Shown here piece after piece: positions 8,517 to 18,414 of a DNA stretch of 36,882 nucleotides; positions within the stretch are counted from its first letter, which is position 1; each line of letters begins with the position of its first letter. Origin of the DNA: Lachnospiraceae bacterium (lineage in GTDB: Bacteria > Bacillota > Clostridia > Lachnospirales > Lachnospiraceae); contig JAFTXF010000094.1 in the NCBI GenBank assembly GCA_017461685.1, forward strand, positions 1 through 36,882, read 5' to 3'. The translations under genes were made by a program, and so were the position numbers. Below the pieces are notes generated by a model. That model searched no databases. It had not been told where the DNA came from and saw nothing but the letters and a program-made list of their open reading frames with translations.

Positions 8517-10079
8517 ATGAAACTGAACACAAATTTAACTTATTTACTGAAGAGTTTAGAATATACAGTTTTGCAGGGGAATGTGGAAGGTGAGGTTACC
8601 GCTGTAGTGAATGATTCCCGCAAGGTATGCCCGGGATGCTTGTTTATCTGCATTTCAGGTGCTGTTTTTGACGGCCACGCATATGCGGGAGAGGTGGCAG
8701 ACAAGGGAGCAAAGGTACTGATTGTTGAAAAGCCTGTGGAGGTACCAGAGGATGTCACAGTCATTCAGGTGGCAGATACCCGTTATGCCATGGCTTTTAT
8801 TTCGGCTGCGTACTTTGACCATCCGGCAGAAAAGCTAAAGACCATTGGTATTACCGGTACAAAAGGCAAGACTACCACAGCGTGTCTGGTGAAGGCTATT
8901 TTAGAGAATACCGGTTTAAAGGTAGGATTGATTGGAACCATTGAAACGATTATCGGCGACAGACATATTCCTGCTGCCAATACTACACCGGAATCTTATA
9001 CTTTACAGCAGTATTTTGCAGAGATGGTGGAAGCAGGTCTGGATGCAGTCGTTATGGAAGTGTCCAGTCAGGCACTTATGCTTCACAGAACCCAGGGGTT
9101 TATATTTGATTATGGTATTTTTACGAATCTGGAGCCGGACCACATCGGACCGGCTGAGCATGAGAGCTTTGAGGAGTATTTAGCATGTAAGGGGCGTTTG
9201 TTTAAGCAGTGCCGGGTAGGCATTGTCAACGGGGATGACAGTCATGTGAATGAAGTGATTGCCGGACATACCTGCAGTATTGAGCGCTACGGCTTTGGTG
9301 ATGCCAATGATTTACAGGCGGTGAATGCCCGTCTTGTGAAGACACCGGGCCGTCTGGGAGCCGCTTTTGAGGTGGTGATTCGCCAGCCGGGACGGGTGAT
9401 GGGTGAGAAAGTTAAAAGCTATTTAAAAGGGAGCTGCAATCAGAGAGAAATTCCGGCAGATTCCTATATTCTGTCCGCACAGATTGCATCTCCGGGCAGA
9501 TTCAGTATATATAATGCCATGACTGCCATTGCCATTTGTCTGCACTTTGGTGCCGGTCAGGATGCCATCAGGCAAGCACTTTTAGAGGCCAAGGTGAAGG
9601 GACGAATCGAGATGGTGCCGGTTTCTGACGATTTTACATTGATGATTGATTATGCACACAATGCTATGTCTTTGGTGAGCCTGCTTACTACCTTAAAGGA
9701 GTATGAGCCGAACCGCCTGGTTTGTCTGTTTGGCTGCGGAGGCAATCGCTCCAAGCTTCGCCGTTATGAAATGGGCGAGGTCAGCGGCAGACTGGCAGAT
9801 TTGACAATTATTACGTCAGACAATCCACGCTTTGAGAAGCCTCAGGATATTATAGACGATATCAAGGTCGGAATCGCCAAAACTGACGGCGCATATGTGG
9901 AGATTTGTGACCGTAAGGAAGCCATTTGCTATGCTATAAAGCATGGCCAGCCGGGGGATATTATCGTGTTAGCCGGCAAGGGGCATGAGGATTATCAGGA
10001 GATTGAGGGCGTGAAGCATCCAATGGATGAGCGCGTGCTGATTACAGAAGTCCTTACGGAAGAGAATATGTGTAAATAG
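8517..10079 (+). CDS. murE: UDP-N-acetylmuramoyl-L-alanyl-D-glutamate--2,6-diaminopimelate ligase
   Basis: GITGTKGKTTT P-loop and DNPR motif (the meso-DAP-adding type); 520 aa. An apparent ~25-30 aa extra segment lies around residues 288-318. Confidence 0.85.
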   Translation: MKLNTNLTYLLKSLEYTVLQGNVEGEVTAVVNDSRKVCPGCLFICISGAVFDGHAYAGEVADKGAKVLIVEKPVEVPEDVTVIQVADTRYAMAFISAAYFDHPAEKLKTIGITGTKGKTTTACLVKAILENTGLKVGLIGTIETIIGDRHIPAANTTPESYTLQQYFAEMVEAGLDAVVMEVSSQALMLHRTQGFIFDYGIFTNLEPDHIGPAEHESFEEYLACKGRLFKQCRVGIVNGDDSHVNEVIAGHTCSIERYGFGDANDLQAVNARLVKTPGRLGAAFEVVIRQPGRVMGEKVKSYLKGSCNQREIPADSYILSAQIASPGRFSIYNAMTAIAICLHFGAGQDAIRQALLEAKVKGRIEMVPVSDDFTLMIDYAHNAMSLVSLLTTLKEYEPNRLVCLFGCGGNRSKLRRYEMGEVSGRLADLTIITSDNPRFEKPQDIIDDIKVGIAKTDGAYVEICDRKEAICYAIKHGQPGDIIVLAGKGHEDYQEIEGVKHPMDERVLITEVLTEENMCK

Positions 10080-10083
10080 TTAT

Positions 10084-10288
10084 GGTAAGGGATTGTGGAA
10101 CCTGACAGCAGCCTGCGGTTGCAATATATGTTCTGGCTGAAGGGCCTTGAAAAACGTCGGTCCTTAGCAAAGCAAGGTGGCAGCCGCAGCCTGAGCTTAG
10201 TACCGTTACGTATTTTCATGGAGTGAGAACGTCCCTGAAGCAGAACATATATTGCAACCGCAGGCTGCCGACAGGTTCCGCACTTACC
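10084..10288. repeat. long-stem structured element, copy B
   Basis: Arms 10097-10135 / 10241-10279 pair at 37 of 39 positions. There is an outer helix 10084-10089 / 10283-10288. The core 10141-10236 is homologous to copy A, in the same orientation. Confidence 0.75.
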
Positions 10289-10314
10289 CGGGAAAAAATC
10301 AGAAAGGAGAGGGT

Positions 10315-12543
10315 ATGGAAATTTATGCAGACATCATTGTAGACATTACCCATGAAAAATTAGACCGCCCTTTCCAATACCGGATTCCGGAGGCGCTTTC
10401 GGAGGAGGTCACGGTAGGATGTCAGGTGATAGTACCGTTCGGTGCTGCCAATAAAATCATCAGTGGTTATTGTATTGGTATTAGCTGCGAGACGGATTTT
10501 GACCCGGCCAAAATCAAAGATATTGTCTCCGTAAAGGAAGGCAGTACCACCATGGAAAGCCGGGAGATTCTGTTGGCAGATTTTATCAAGCGCCGCTATG
10601 GCGTGACCATGATTCAGGCATTAAAGACGGTTCTGCTGGTGAAGCATACGGTAAAGGCTATTGTCAAAAAGAGCATTTGCCGTGGTAAGCCGCTTAAAGA
10701 ACTGCAAAGCTACTACGATACCATCAAGGAAAAGGGCAATCAAAGAGCCAAAGCCAGATTGTTGGAAGCACTTTTAGACAGGGAAGAGATTCCACTGGAG
10801 GAGGTAAACCATAAGCTGGAAATCGGTGCCGGTACGATAAAGCTTCTAGAAGAAAGCGGTTATATTGCACTGAAAACCGAAAATCAATACCGAGATCCTG
10901 TGCATATGGAACATATACAGCAGGAGGGCTTTGCATTAAGTGCGGAGCAGCAGCATATTGTAGATGTCATTATCGGAGCGCTTGATGACTGTGGCAAATA
11001 TTACATTCACGGCATTACAGGAAGCGGCAAGACAGCTGTTTATATAGAATTAATTGAGGAAATACTGAAAAGAGGACGGCAGGCGATAGTGCTGATACCG
11101 GAGATTTCTCTCACCTATCAGACTTTAAAGAGGTTTTACGCCAGATTTGGCAGCAAGGTATCGGTGATGAATTCTACCCTGTCCGCAGGCGAAAAATACG
11201 ACCAGATGCAAAGAGCCATGAACGGTGACATTCAGGTAATTATCGGTCCTCGCTCAGCTTTATTTACACCATTTCCAAATCTGGGACTGGTGATTATAGA
11301 CGAAGAGCACGAGCCATCTTATAAGTCAGAGCAAAGTCCCAAGTATCATGCCAGAGAGGTGGCGGAGGAGGTTGCAAGGCTGAGCGGTGCCAGTTTGGTA
11401 TTTGGCAGTGCCACTCCTTCTATGGAAGCTTATCAGCAGGTAAAACAGGGGCGGTTTCAACTTTTTAAATTAGAAAAGCGTCTCACAGGAGGTGCTCTTC
11501 CAAGGGTTGAGATCGTAGACCTGAGGGAAGAATTGAGAAATGGAAACCGCAGTATTTTCAGCCTGAGCCTTCAGCAGAAGATGGCCGAGCGGCTGCAGCG
11601 AAGAGAGCAGTTTATGCTGTTTTTAAACCGAAGAGGGTATTCCGGCTTTATCAGTTGCAGAAGCTGCGGACATGTGATGCGGTGTCCTCACTGTGATGTG
11701 TCTCTTTCAGAGCACCGGGATGGCAGGCTGCATTGTCATTATTGCGGTTACAGTGCCCCGGGCGTGAAGCTTTGTCCGGAGTGCGGTTCCAAATATATTT
11801 TGGGTTTTAAAGTGGGCACCCAGCAAATCGAGGAGAAATTAAAGGAGTTATTTCCTGAGATTCGGGTACTGCGCATGGATGCAGACACCACCAAGACCAA
11901 GGCCAGCTATGAGCAGATTCTATCGGCTTTTGCCGGAGGGCAAGCCGATGTACTGTTAGGAACCCAGATGATTGTTAAAGGGCATGATTTTCCGGGGGTG
12001 ACTTTGGTAGGCGTATTGGCTGCGGATATGTCTTTGGCATTTGGAGATTATAGAAGCGGCGAGAGAACCTTTCAGCTTTTAACCCAGGCGGCAGGCAGAG
12101 CAGGGCGCGGTAAGCTTCCCGGCGAGGTGGTGATTCAGACCTATCAGCCGGAACACTACAGCGTACAGTTTGCGGCAGCTCAGGATTTTGAAGGCTTTTA
12201 TGAGCAGGAGATGGCTTACAGAGAACTGATGCAGTATCCGCCTGCAGGGCATATGATGGCCATTCAGATATTTGGGGAAAAGGAAGCCAGGGTAAAAGCC
12301 CTTGCGGAGGATTTCGGAGATTATCTCAAGGTTTTAACGAAGAACAAACCGATTCAGGTATTGGGGCCGACTGTGGCCGCCATTGCTAAGATAAAAGACA
12401 TTTATCGGTATGTGATTTATGTAAAAGCGGCAAAAACGGAAACACTATTACTATTAAAAAATGCACTGGATGAACGAAAGATAACAATGCATAGCGGGCA
12501 GGAAATCGTGCAATATGATTTTGACCCCGTAAATACATTTTAA
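10315..12543 (+). CDS. priA: primosomal protein N' (replication restart helicase PriA)
   Basis: GITGSGKT Walker A, DEEH box and a Cys-rich zinc region CRSCGHVMRCPHCDVSLSEH...CHYCG...CPECGS. ATG 10315 follows GGAGAGGG; the track start 10252 (TTG) lies inside element B. Confidence 0.85.
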   Translation: MEIYADIIVDITHEKLDRPFQYRIPEALSEEVTVGCQVIVPFGAANKIISGYCIGISCETDFDPAKIKDIVSVKEGSTTMESREILLADFIKRRYGVTMIQALKTVLLVKHTVKAIVKKSICRGKPLKELQSYYDTIKEKGNQRAKARLLEALLDREEIPLEEVNHKLEIGAGTIKLLEESGYIALKTENQYRDPVHMEHIQQEGFALSAEQQHIVDVIIGALDDCGKYYIHGITGSGKTAVYIELIEEILKRGRQAIVLIPEISLTYQTLKRFYARFGSKVSVMNSTLSAGEKYDQMQRAMNGDIQVIIGPRSALFTPFPNLGLVIIDEEHEPSYKSEQSPKYHAREVAEEVARLSGASLVFGSATPSMEAYQQVKQGRFQLFKLEKRLTGGALPRVEIVDLREELRNGNRSIFSLSLQQKMAERLQRREQFMLFLNRRGYSGFISCRSCGHVMRCPHCDVSLSEHRDGRLHCHYCGYSAPGVKLCPECGSKYILGFKVGTQQIEEKLKELFPEIRVLRMDADTTKTKASYEQILSAFAGGQADVLLGTQMIVKGHDFPGVTLVGVLAADMSLAFGDYRSGERTFQLLTQAAGRAGRGKLPGEVVIQTYQPEHYSVQFAAAQDFEGFYEQEMAYRELMQYPPAGHMMAIQIFGEKEARVKALAEDFGDYLKVLTKNKPIQVLGPTVAAIAKIKDIYRYVIYVKAAKTETLLLLKNALDERKITMHSGQEIVQYDFDPVNTF

Positions 12544-12555
12544 GGAGATGGAAAA

Positions 12556-13032
12556 ATGGCAATTCGTACAATTAGAGAAATGGGAGATGAGATTTTAACG
12601 AAGGTGTGTAAGGAAGTAAAAATGATGACGCCGAGAACAGAGGAATTGATTGACGACATGTTTGAAACCATGTATGAGTCTAACGGCGTCGGCCTTGCAG
12701 CACCGCAGGTTGGTATTTTGAAGAGAATCGCAGTGATTGACTGTACCGGGGAGGACCCGATTTTATTGATTAATCCGGTGATTCTGGAAACGGCAGGCGA
12801 GCAGACCGGTCAGGAAGGTTGTCTTTCTGTGCCGGGCAAGGCAGGTCAGGTGACCAGACCGAATTATGTAAAAGTTAAAGCACAGGACATCGATATGGAG
12901 TGGTTCGAGTTAGAGGCAGAGGAATTACTGGCAAGAGCTATTTGTCACGAATTGGAGCATTTGGACGGACATCTTTATGTGGAAAGAGTGGAAGGACCTC
13001 TGGTAGATGTAACATACGAGGATGAGGAATAA
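12556..13032 (+). CDS. def: peptide deformylase
   Basis: GVGLAAPQ, EGCLS and HELEHLDG motifs. Confidence 0.9.
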   Translation: MAIRTIREMGDEILTKVCKEVKMMTPRTEELIDDMFETMYESNGVGLAAPQVGILKRIAVIDCTGEDPILLINPVILETAGEQTGQEGCLSVPGKAGQVTRPNYVKVKAQDIDMEWFELEAEELLARAICHELEHLDGHLYVERVEGPLVDVTYEDEE

Positions 13033-13124
13033 GAGGACTGTTCACAACAGGCCGAAGCAGTTGGTGAGGAATCGTATGAAAGTGATGATACGGTTATCCT
13101 TACAGAAAGAGGTTTTGGTAATTT

Positions 13125-14072
13125 ATGAAGATTGTTTTTATGGGAACTCCTGATTTTGCAGCAGGTGCGTTAGAAGCGCTGATTGCAGCAGGTCATGAGA
13201 TTACAGCAGTATATACCCAGCCGGATAAGCCAAAAGGCAGGGGCAAGGAAGTGCAGATGACACCGGTAAAGGAACTGGCATTAAAGCATGACATTCCGGT
13301 ATATCAGCCTCGCCGTATTAAGGAAGCTGAGGAAGTGGAGAAGCTTCGTCAGATACCGGCTGATATTTTTGTGGTAGCAGCTTTCGGTCAGATTGTGTCT
13401 CAGGAAATTCTGGACATTCCAAAGTATGGATGTGTCAATATTCATGCCTCTTTGCTGCCGAAATACCGCGGCGCGGCACCGATTCAGTGGGCGGTGATTG
13501 ACGGAGAGGAAAAGACCGGTGTGACTATTATGCAGATGAATGCGGGGATTGATACCGGCGACATTTTATATACCAAGGAATATGTGCTCGAACCCAAGGA
13601 AACCGGTGCCAGTTTGTTTGATAAGCTGATGGTATTGGGAGCAGAAGCGATTGTGGAAGCGCTGCCGTTACTGGAGACGGGAAAGCTGACGCCTACCCCA
13701 CAGGATCATACAAAGGCAACTCACGCCGCAAAGCTTACCAAACAGCTTGGGGAATTGGATTTTGACAAATCTGCCGTGGAGTTGGAGCGTCTGATCAGGG
13801 GACTCAATTCCTGGCCAAGTGCGTATACGTATTACAAAGGAAAACAGCTGAAAATCTGGGAGGCTGAGGTTGTAGGGATACCGGAAGTACAGAACGAATC
13901 AGGCATGCAGCCGGGTACGGTTATTGCTGTGGATAAGCAGAGCTTTACCGTGGCAGCCGGCGACGGCGCCCTCAAGATAACCGAGCTTCAGATAGAAGGC
14001 AAAAAGCGTATGGCCTGCAAAGACTTTTTGTTGGGCTATCCTGTAGCGATAGGGGATAAATTGGGCCAATAA
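13125..14072 (+). CDS. fmt: methionyl-tRNA formyltransferase
   Basis: MKIVFMGTPDFA N-terminus and HASLLPKYRGAAPI motif; follows def. Confidence 0.9.
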   Translation: MKIVFMGTPDFAAGALEALIAAGHEITAVYTQPDKPKGRGKEVQMTPVKELALKHDIPVYQPRRIKEAEEVEKLRQIPADIFVVAAFGQIVSQEILDIPKYGCVNIHASLLPKYRGAAPIQWAVIDGEEKTGVTIMQMNAGIDTGDILYTKEYVLEPKETGASLFDKLMVLGAEAIVEALPLLETGKLTPTPQDHTKATHAAKLTKQLGELDFDKSAVELERLIRGLNSWPSAYTYYKGKQLKIWEAEVVGIPEVQNESGMQPGTVIAVDKQSFTVAAGDGALKITELQIEGKKRMACKDFLLGYPVAIGDKLGQ

Positions 14073-14213
14073 TACACATTCTTATGAGAGGGATATTATT
14101 TAAAAGTACAATAAAGATAAGTGAAAACGGTTGACGCTATGGAATGAATATTTCGCGAAACGGACCTGAGATTCATGAATCGATTACAGAAAGCGTAAAG
14201 AGAGGTAATGAGA

Positions 14214-14939
14214 ATGTTATTATTCGGTTATTACGGAAGTCCTATTTTTTATGGATTTGACAGGACTTATATCCTTGTTTTAATTGCAGCGATTTTCAGT
14301 ATATGGGCCAGTGCCCGTGTGAATTCCACATACAATAAATACGCGCAGGTGCGCTCCATGCAGGGCATGACCGGCGCAGAAGCGGCACAGCGTATTTTGT
14401 ATTATGCAGGTCTTAGTAATGTGCGTGTGGAGCATGTGGGCGGTAATCTGACAGACCATTATGACCCGAAGTCCAAGGTGCTTAGATTGTCTGACAGTAC
14501 CTATGGCAGTGCTTCCGTAGCAGCCATCGGAGTGGCGGCCCATGAGTGCGGCCATGCCATTCAGGACGCGGAAGGATATTCTCCGTTAAAGCTGCGCAGC
14601 ACTCTGGTGCCGGTGGCGAATCTGGGCAGTAAGCTTGGTATTCCGATTATTTTGCTGGGTGTGCTTTTGGGATCCAATTATACCTTGGTACAGATTGGTA
14701 TCTGGGCATTTTCTCTGGCAGTACTGTTTCAGCTTGTGACGCTGCCGGTGGAATTTAATGCATCTAACAGAGCCATTAAGATTTTGGACAGCAGAGGTAT
14801 TCTGGGGCAGGAAGAACTGGGCATGTGCAAGAAGGTATTATCTGCGGCAGCCATGACCTATGTGGCAGCAGCAGCGTCTTCTATTTTGCAGCTCTTAAGA
14901 CTGGTGCTGTTATTCGGCGGCCGCAGACGGGATGATTGA
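14214..14939 (+). CDS. membrane zinc metallopeptidase (YugP-like)
   Basis: HECGHAIQ zinc motif and hydrophobic segments. ATG 14214 has better RBS spacing (AAGAGAGG) than 14208. Confidence 0.7.
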   Translation: MLLFGYYGSPIFYGFDRTYILVLIAAIFSIWASARVNSTYNKYAQVRSMQGMTGAEAAQRILYYAGLSNVRVEHVGGNLTDHYDPKSKVLRLSDSTYGSASVAAIGVAAHECGHAIQDAEGYSPLKLRSTLVPVANLGSKLGIPIILLGVLLGSNYTLVQIGIWAFSLAVLFQLVTLPVEFNASNRAIKILDSRGILGQEELGMCKKVLSAAAMTYVAAAASSILQLLRLVLLFGGRRRDD

Positions 14940-15047
14940 GTATTTTGAATATACAGCTATGACACAAGACTGTTCACGGAGAGTGAGCGGTGCATGAGCC
15001 CGGGCAAACCGGGATTAGGATTTTAGTAGGAAGGACGGAGTTTACGT

Positions 15048-16403
15048 ATGGTAAACACAGTCAATACAAGAGAATTAGTACTGGACATTTTGCTGGCTAT
15101 TGAGAAGGGCGAGGACTTTTCTCACAAGCTTATCAAAGGTACTTTAGATAAATATGATTATTTGGAGCGTAAGGATAAGGCGTTTATCAAGCGTATTGTA
15201 GAGGGTACGCTGGAGCGTAGGATGTATCTGGATTTTGTGCTGAATGCTTTTTCTAATACGCCTGTTAATAAAATGAAGCCGCTAATCCGGTGTTTGATGC
15301 GTATGAGTGCTTATCAGGTACTTTTTATGGACCAGGTGCCGGACAGAGCAGTCTGCAATGAAGCGGTAAAGCTGGCTGCAAAACGTAAATTTGTGAATTT
15401 AAAAGGTTTTGTAAACGGTGTACTCCGTAAGCTGATTGACTCTAAGGAGCATTTACCGATGCCGGACAGAGCGAATCTGGCGGATTATTTGTCTATCACG
15501 TATTCTATGCCGGAATGGCTGGTGGACAAGTGGCTGGATGAGCTGGGTGCAGAGGTAACAGAGCAGATGCTTCAGAAGTTTTTGGAAGTAAGTCCGGTTA
15601 CCGTGCGTATCAAGTCCGGCGTCAGTGCAGAGGACAAAGAGTCACTGCTTAATCAGATGAAGGAACAGGGCATAGAAGTAACCGCACACCCGTATTTGCC
15701 TTATGCATACACTATTTCCCATTTGGAAGGCATGCATCAGGTTCCGGGATTTTCCCAGGGGCTGATTGCCGTGCAGGATGTGAGCAGCATGTTAGCAGTA
15801 GAGGCAGCCGGTATCAGGGCCGGTGATTTGGTGTTAGATGTATGTGCGGCACCGGGCGGCAAGGCCATGTTAGCTGCAGAGAAGACCGGACCGGAAGGGC
15901 TAGTCATTGCCAGAGATATTTCCGATATGAAGGTGTCCTTTATTGAGGAAAATGCAGGCAGAATGTGTCTGGACCAGATACGGGTACAGGTGCAGGACGC
16001 TACTGTTTTGGATGAGACAATGATTGGTAAGGCGGATGTAGTCATTGCCGATTTGCCATGCTCAGGTCTTGGCATTATTGCCAAAAAGCGGGATATCAAA
16101 TATAATGTAACACAGGAAAGTCTGGTGGAATTAAGGGAACTGCAGCGACAGATTCTGGATGTGGTCAGTCAGTACGTAAAGCCGGGCGGCACTCTGCTGT
16201 ACAGTACTTGTACCGTAAATCCGATGGAGAATGAGGACAACCGGACATATATTTTACAGGAACTTGGCTTTGAAGCAGTGAATATAGACACACAGTTGCC
16301 GGAAGCACTGTGCAGTGAAACCACCCGGGAAGGATATTTGCAGCTGATTCCTTCCGTGCATGAGACGGATGGATTTTTTATCAGCGTATTCCGCAGGAAA
16401 TAG
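15048..16403 (+). CDS. rsmB: 16S rRNA (cytosine967-C5)-methyltransferase
   Basis: NusB-like N-terminal domain plus a SAM methyltransferase core (DVCAAPGGK, DLPCSG, YSTCT). Confidence 0.85.
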   Translation: MVNTVNTRELVLDILLAIEKGEDFSHKLIKGTLDKYDYLERKDKAFIKRIVEGTLERRMYLDFVLNAFSNTPVNKMKPLIRCLMRMSAYQVLFMDQVPDRAVCNEAVKLAAKRKFVNLKGFVNGVLRKLIDSKEHLPMPDRANLADYLSITYSMPEWLVDKWLDELGAEVTEQMLQKFLEVSPVTVRIKSGVSAEDKESLLNQMKEQGIEVTAHPYLPYAYTISHLEGMHQVPGFSQGLIAVQDVSSMLAVEAAGIRAGDLVLDVCAAPGGKAMLAAEKTGPEGLVIARDISDMKVSFIEENAGRMCLDQIRVQVQDATVLDETMIGKADVVIADLPCSGLGIIAKKRDIKYNVTQESLVELRELQRQILDVVSQYVKPGGTLLYSTCTVNPMENEDNRTYILQELGFEAVNIDTQLPEALCSETTREGYLQLIPSVHETDGFFISVFRRK

Positions 16404-16503
16404 CGGATTACACAGAAAACAGGTTATAAAATAACTTTTGGTAATTGATTTCACATACCCGATAAAAAACAACAATAAAATGGTTTGGCAGAAAGGCATA
16501 CAT

Positions 16504-17643
16504 ATGGAATTCGAGACCAAGTATGAAAACAGTAAAAAGTGCAAAAGTGACGGACAGATAACAGACAGCGACCATGTAGATGCAGAAAAAGGTATGCCGG
16601 CAGCAGAAGGTAAGCCGGATATCAAATCACTGACCCTGGCAGAATTAACCGGGGAATTGAATAAATTAGGTGAAAAACCTTTTCGTGCAAAACAGCTGTA
16701 CCAGTGGATGCATGAAAAGCTGGCACGCTCTTATGAGGAAATGACCAATATTTCCAAAAACTTAAAGGAAAAACTGGAGCAAAATTTCACCTACACCAGC
16801 CTGAATATGGTGACTTTTCAAGAGTCACAGATAGACGGCACTCGCAAGTACTTGTTTGAACTGGCGGATGGCAATGTAGTGGAGAGCGTGTGGATGAAGT
16901 ACAAGCATGGCAACAGTGTGTGTATTTCTTCCCAGGTAGGATGCCGTATGGGCTGCAGATTTTGTGCATCTACACTGGACGGCCTGGAACGTAATCTTTT
17001 GCCGGGAGAGATGTTGGACCAGATTTATTATATTTCCAGACATACCGGGGAAAGGGTATCCAATTTGGTTGTGATGGGTACCGGAGAGCCCATGGACAAT
17101 TATGACAATATTTTAAAATTTATTCATATGCTGACTGACGAAAATGGCTTGCATATCAGCCAAAGAAATGTTACAGTATCTACTTGTGGTATTGTTCCAC
17201 GTATGAGGCAGTTGGCAGAGGAAAACCTGCAGATTACACTGGCATTGTCTCTTCATGCCACCACCGATGAAAAGCGCCGCAGGCTGATGCCTATTGCGTA
17301 TACCTATCGGTTGGAGGACGTGCTGGATGCATGCAGATATTATTTTGAAAAGACCGGCCGCAGAATTACCTTTGAATATTCTTTGGTAAGAGGCGTGAAT
17401 GATACGGAAGAGGATGCCAGAGAACTGATTGCCCTGGTAGGTGATTTGAATTGCCACATCAATCTGATACCGGTGAATCCGATTGAAGAAAGAGATTTTA
17501 GAGAATCCACTGCAGAGGCTATTCGGGCCTTTCAGATGAGATTGGAAAAGCATAGATTAAATGTTACGGTCCGCAGAGAGATGGGACGTGATATTGACGG
17601 CGCCTGCGGCCAGCTTCGCAGAAGACATAAGAAAGAAATGTAA
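16504..17643 (+). CDS. rlmN: 23S rRNA/tRNA (adenine-C2)-methyltransferase RlmN, radical SAM
   Basis: CRMGCRFCAS radical-SAM cluster, GEPMDN motif and C-terminal DIDGACGQL. The start is uncertain (TTG 16438, ATG 16504 or ATG 16594); any of them leaves an acidic/lysine-rich N-terminal extension. Confidence 0.8.
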   Translation: MEFETKYENSKKCKSDGQITDSDHVDAEKGMPAAEGKPDIKSLTLAELTGELNKLGEKPFRAKQLYQWMHEKLARSYEEMTNISKNLKEKLEQNFTYTSLNMVTFQESQIDGTRKYLFELADGNVVESVWMKYKHGNSVCISSQVGCRMGCRFCASTLDGLERNLLPGEMLDQIYYISRHTGERVSNLVVMGTGEPMDNYDNILKFIHMLTDENGLHISQRNVTVSTCGIVPRMRQLAEENLQITLALSLHATTDEKRRRLMPIAYTYRLEDVLDACRYYFEKTGRRITFEYSLVRGVNDTEEDARELIALVGDLNCHINLIPVNPIEERDFRESTAEAIRAFQMRLEKHRLNVTVRREMGRDIDGACGQLRRRHKKEM

Positions 17644-17658
17644 AGGAGAATTCCTGAT

Positions 17659-18414
17659 ATGGTAAAAGCCTATTCTGTTACAGATATCGGCAAAAAGCGT
17701 CAAATTAATCAGGATTGTGTAGATATCAGCCTGACTCCCGTAGGAAACCTGCCGAATTTATTTTTATTGGCAGACGGTATGGGAGGGCACAAGGCAGGAG
17801 ACTATGCATCCAGATATGCCATTGACACCGTAAAAAAAGAAGTAAATGTAAGCCCGCAGACCAATCCGGTGCATATTTTTGCAGAGGCAATTGAATATGC
17901 CAATACCCATTTATACGAGAAATCCTTAAGTGATGTGAATTTCAGGGGCATGGGTACCACGCTGGTGGCAGCTACATGTATTGACAATAAACTAAACGTA
18001 GCCAATATTGGCGACAGCCGCCTTTATTTGGTCAGACAAAATAAAATGGTACAGGTCACCAGAGACCACTCTTATGTGGCAGAACTGGTGCAGCAGGGCG
18101 GCATTGACAGAGAGACTGCCAAAAATCATCCTAAGAGAAACTATATTACAAGAGCGGTTGGTGCATTCGAAAAGGCCAATGCAGACTTCTTTTATGTAGA
18201 GACCAAGCCGGGAGACGTGATATTAATTTGTTCAGACGGTTTGACCAACATGCTTTCAGATGAGGAGATATTATCCATTATTTATCAGGAAGAGGATTTG
18301 GAATTTACTTGTAATAAATTAGTTCAGGCTGCAAATGAAAAGGGCGGTATTGACAATATTTCCGTTATTTTAGTCAAAACCGCAGAGGCCGGAAAGGAGA
18401 GTGCAGGTCTATGA
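17659..18414 (+). CDS. stp: PP2C-family Ser/Thr protein phosphatase
   Basis: LADGMGGH, GTTL and CSDGL motifs. The stop overlaps the prkC start (ATGA). Confidence 0.85.
   Translation: MVKAYSVTDIGKKRQINQDCVDISLTPVGNLPNLFLLADGMGGHKAGDYASRYAIDTVKKEVNVSPQTNPVHIFAEAIEYANTHLYEKSLSDVNFRGMGTTLVAATCIDNKLNVANIGDSRLYLVRQNKMVQVTRDHSYVAELVQQGGIDRETAKNHPKRNYITRAVGAFEKANADFFYVETKPGDVILICSDGLTNMLSDEEILSIIYQEEDLEFTCNKLVQAANEKGGIDNISVILVKTAEAGKESAGL

Noticed and set aside
10252-10314. TTG-initiated 21-codon N-terminal extension of priA
   Set aside because: The extension is encoded by the right arm of structured element B. ATG 10315 has a proper GGAGAGGG RBS and gives the usual MEIYADIIVD PriA N-terminus.
16438-16503. 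TTG start giving a 401-aa RlmN
   Set aside because: There is no RBS, and the extension (MVIDFTYPIKNNNK...) begins 35 nt after the rsmB stop in low-complexity AT-rich sequence. An internal ATG is more plausible, although the exact start remains uncertain.
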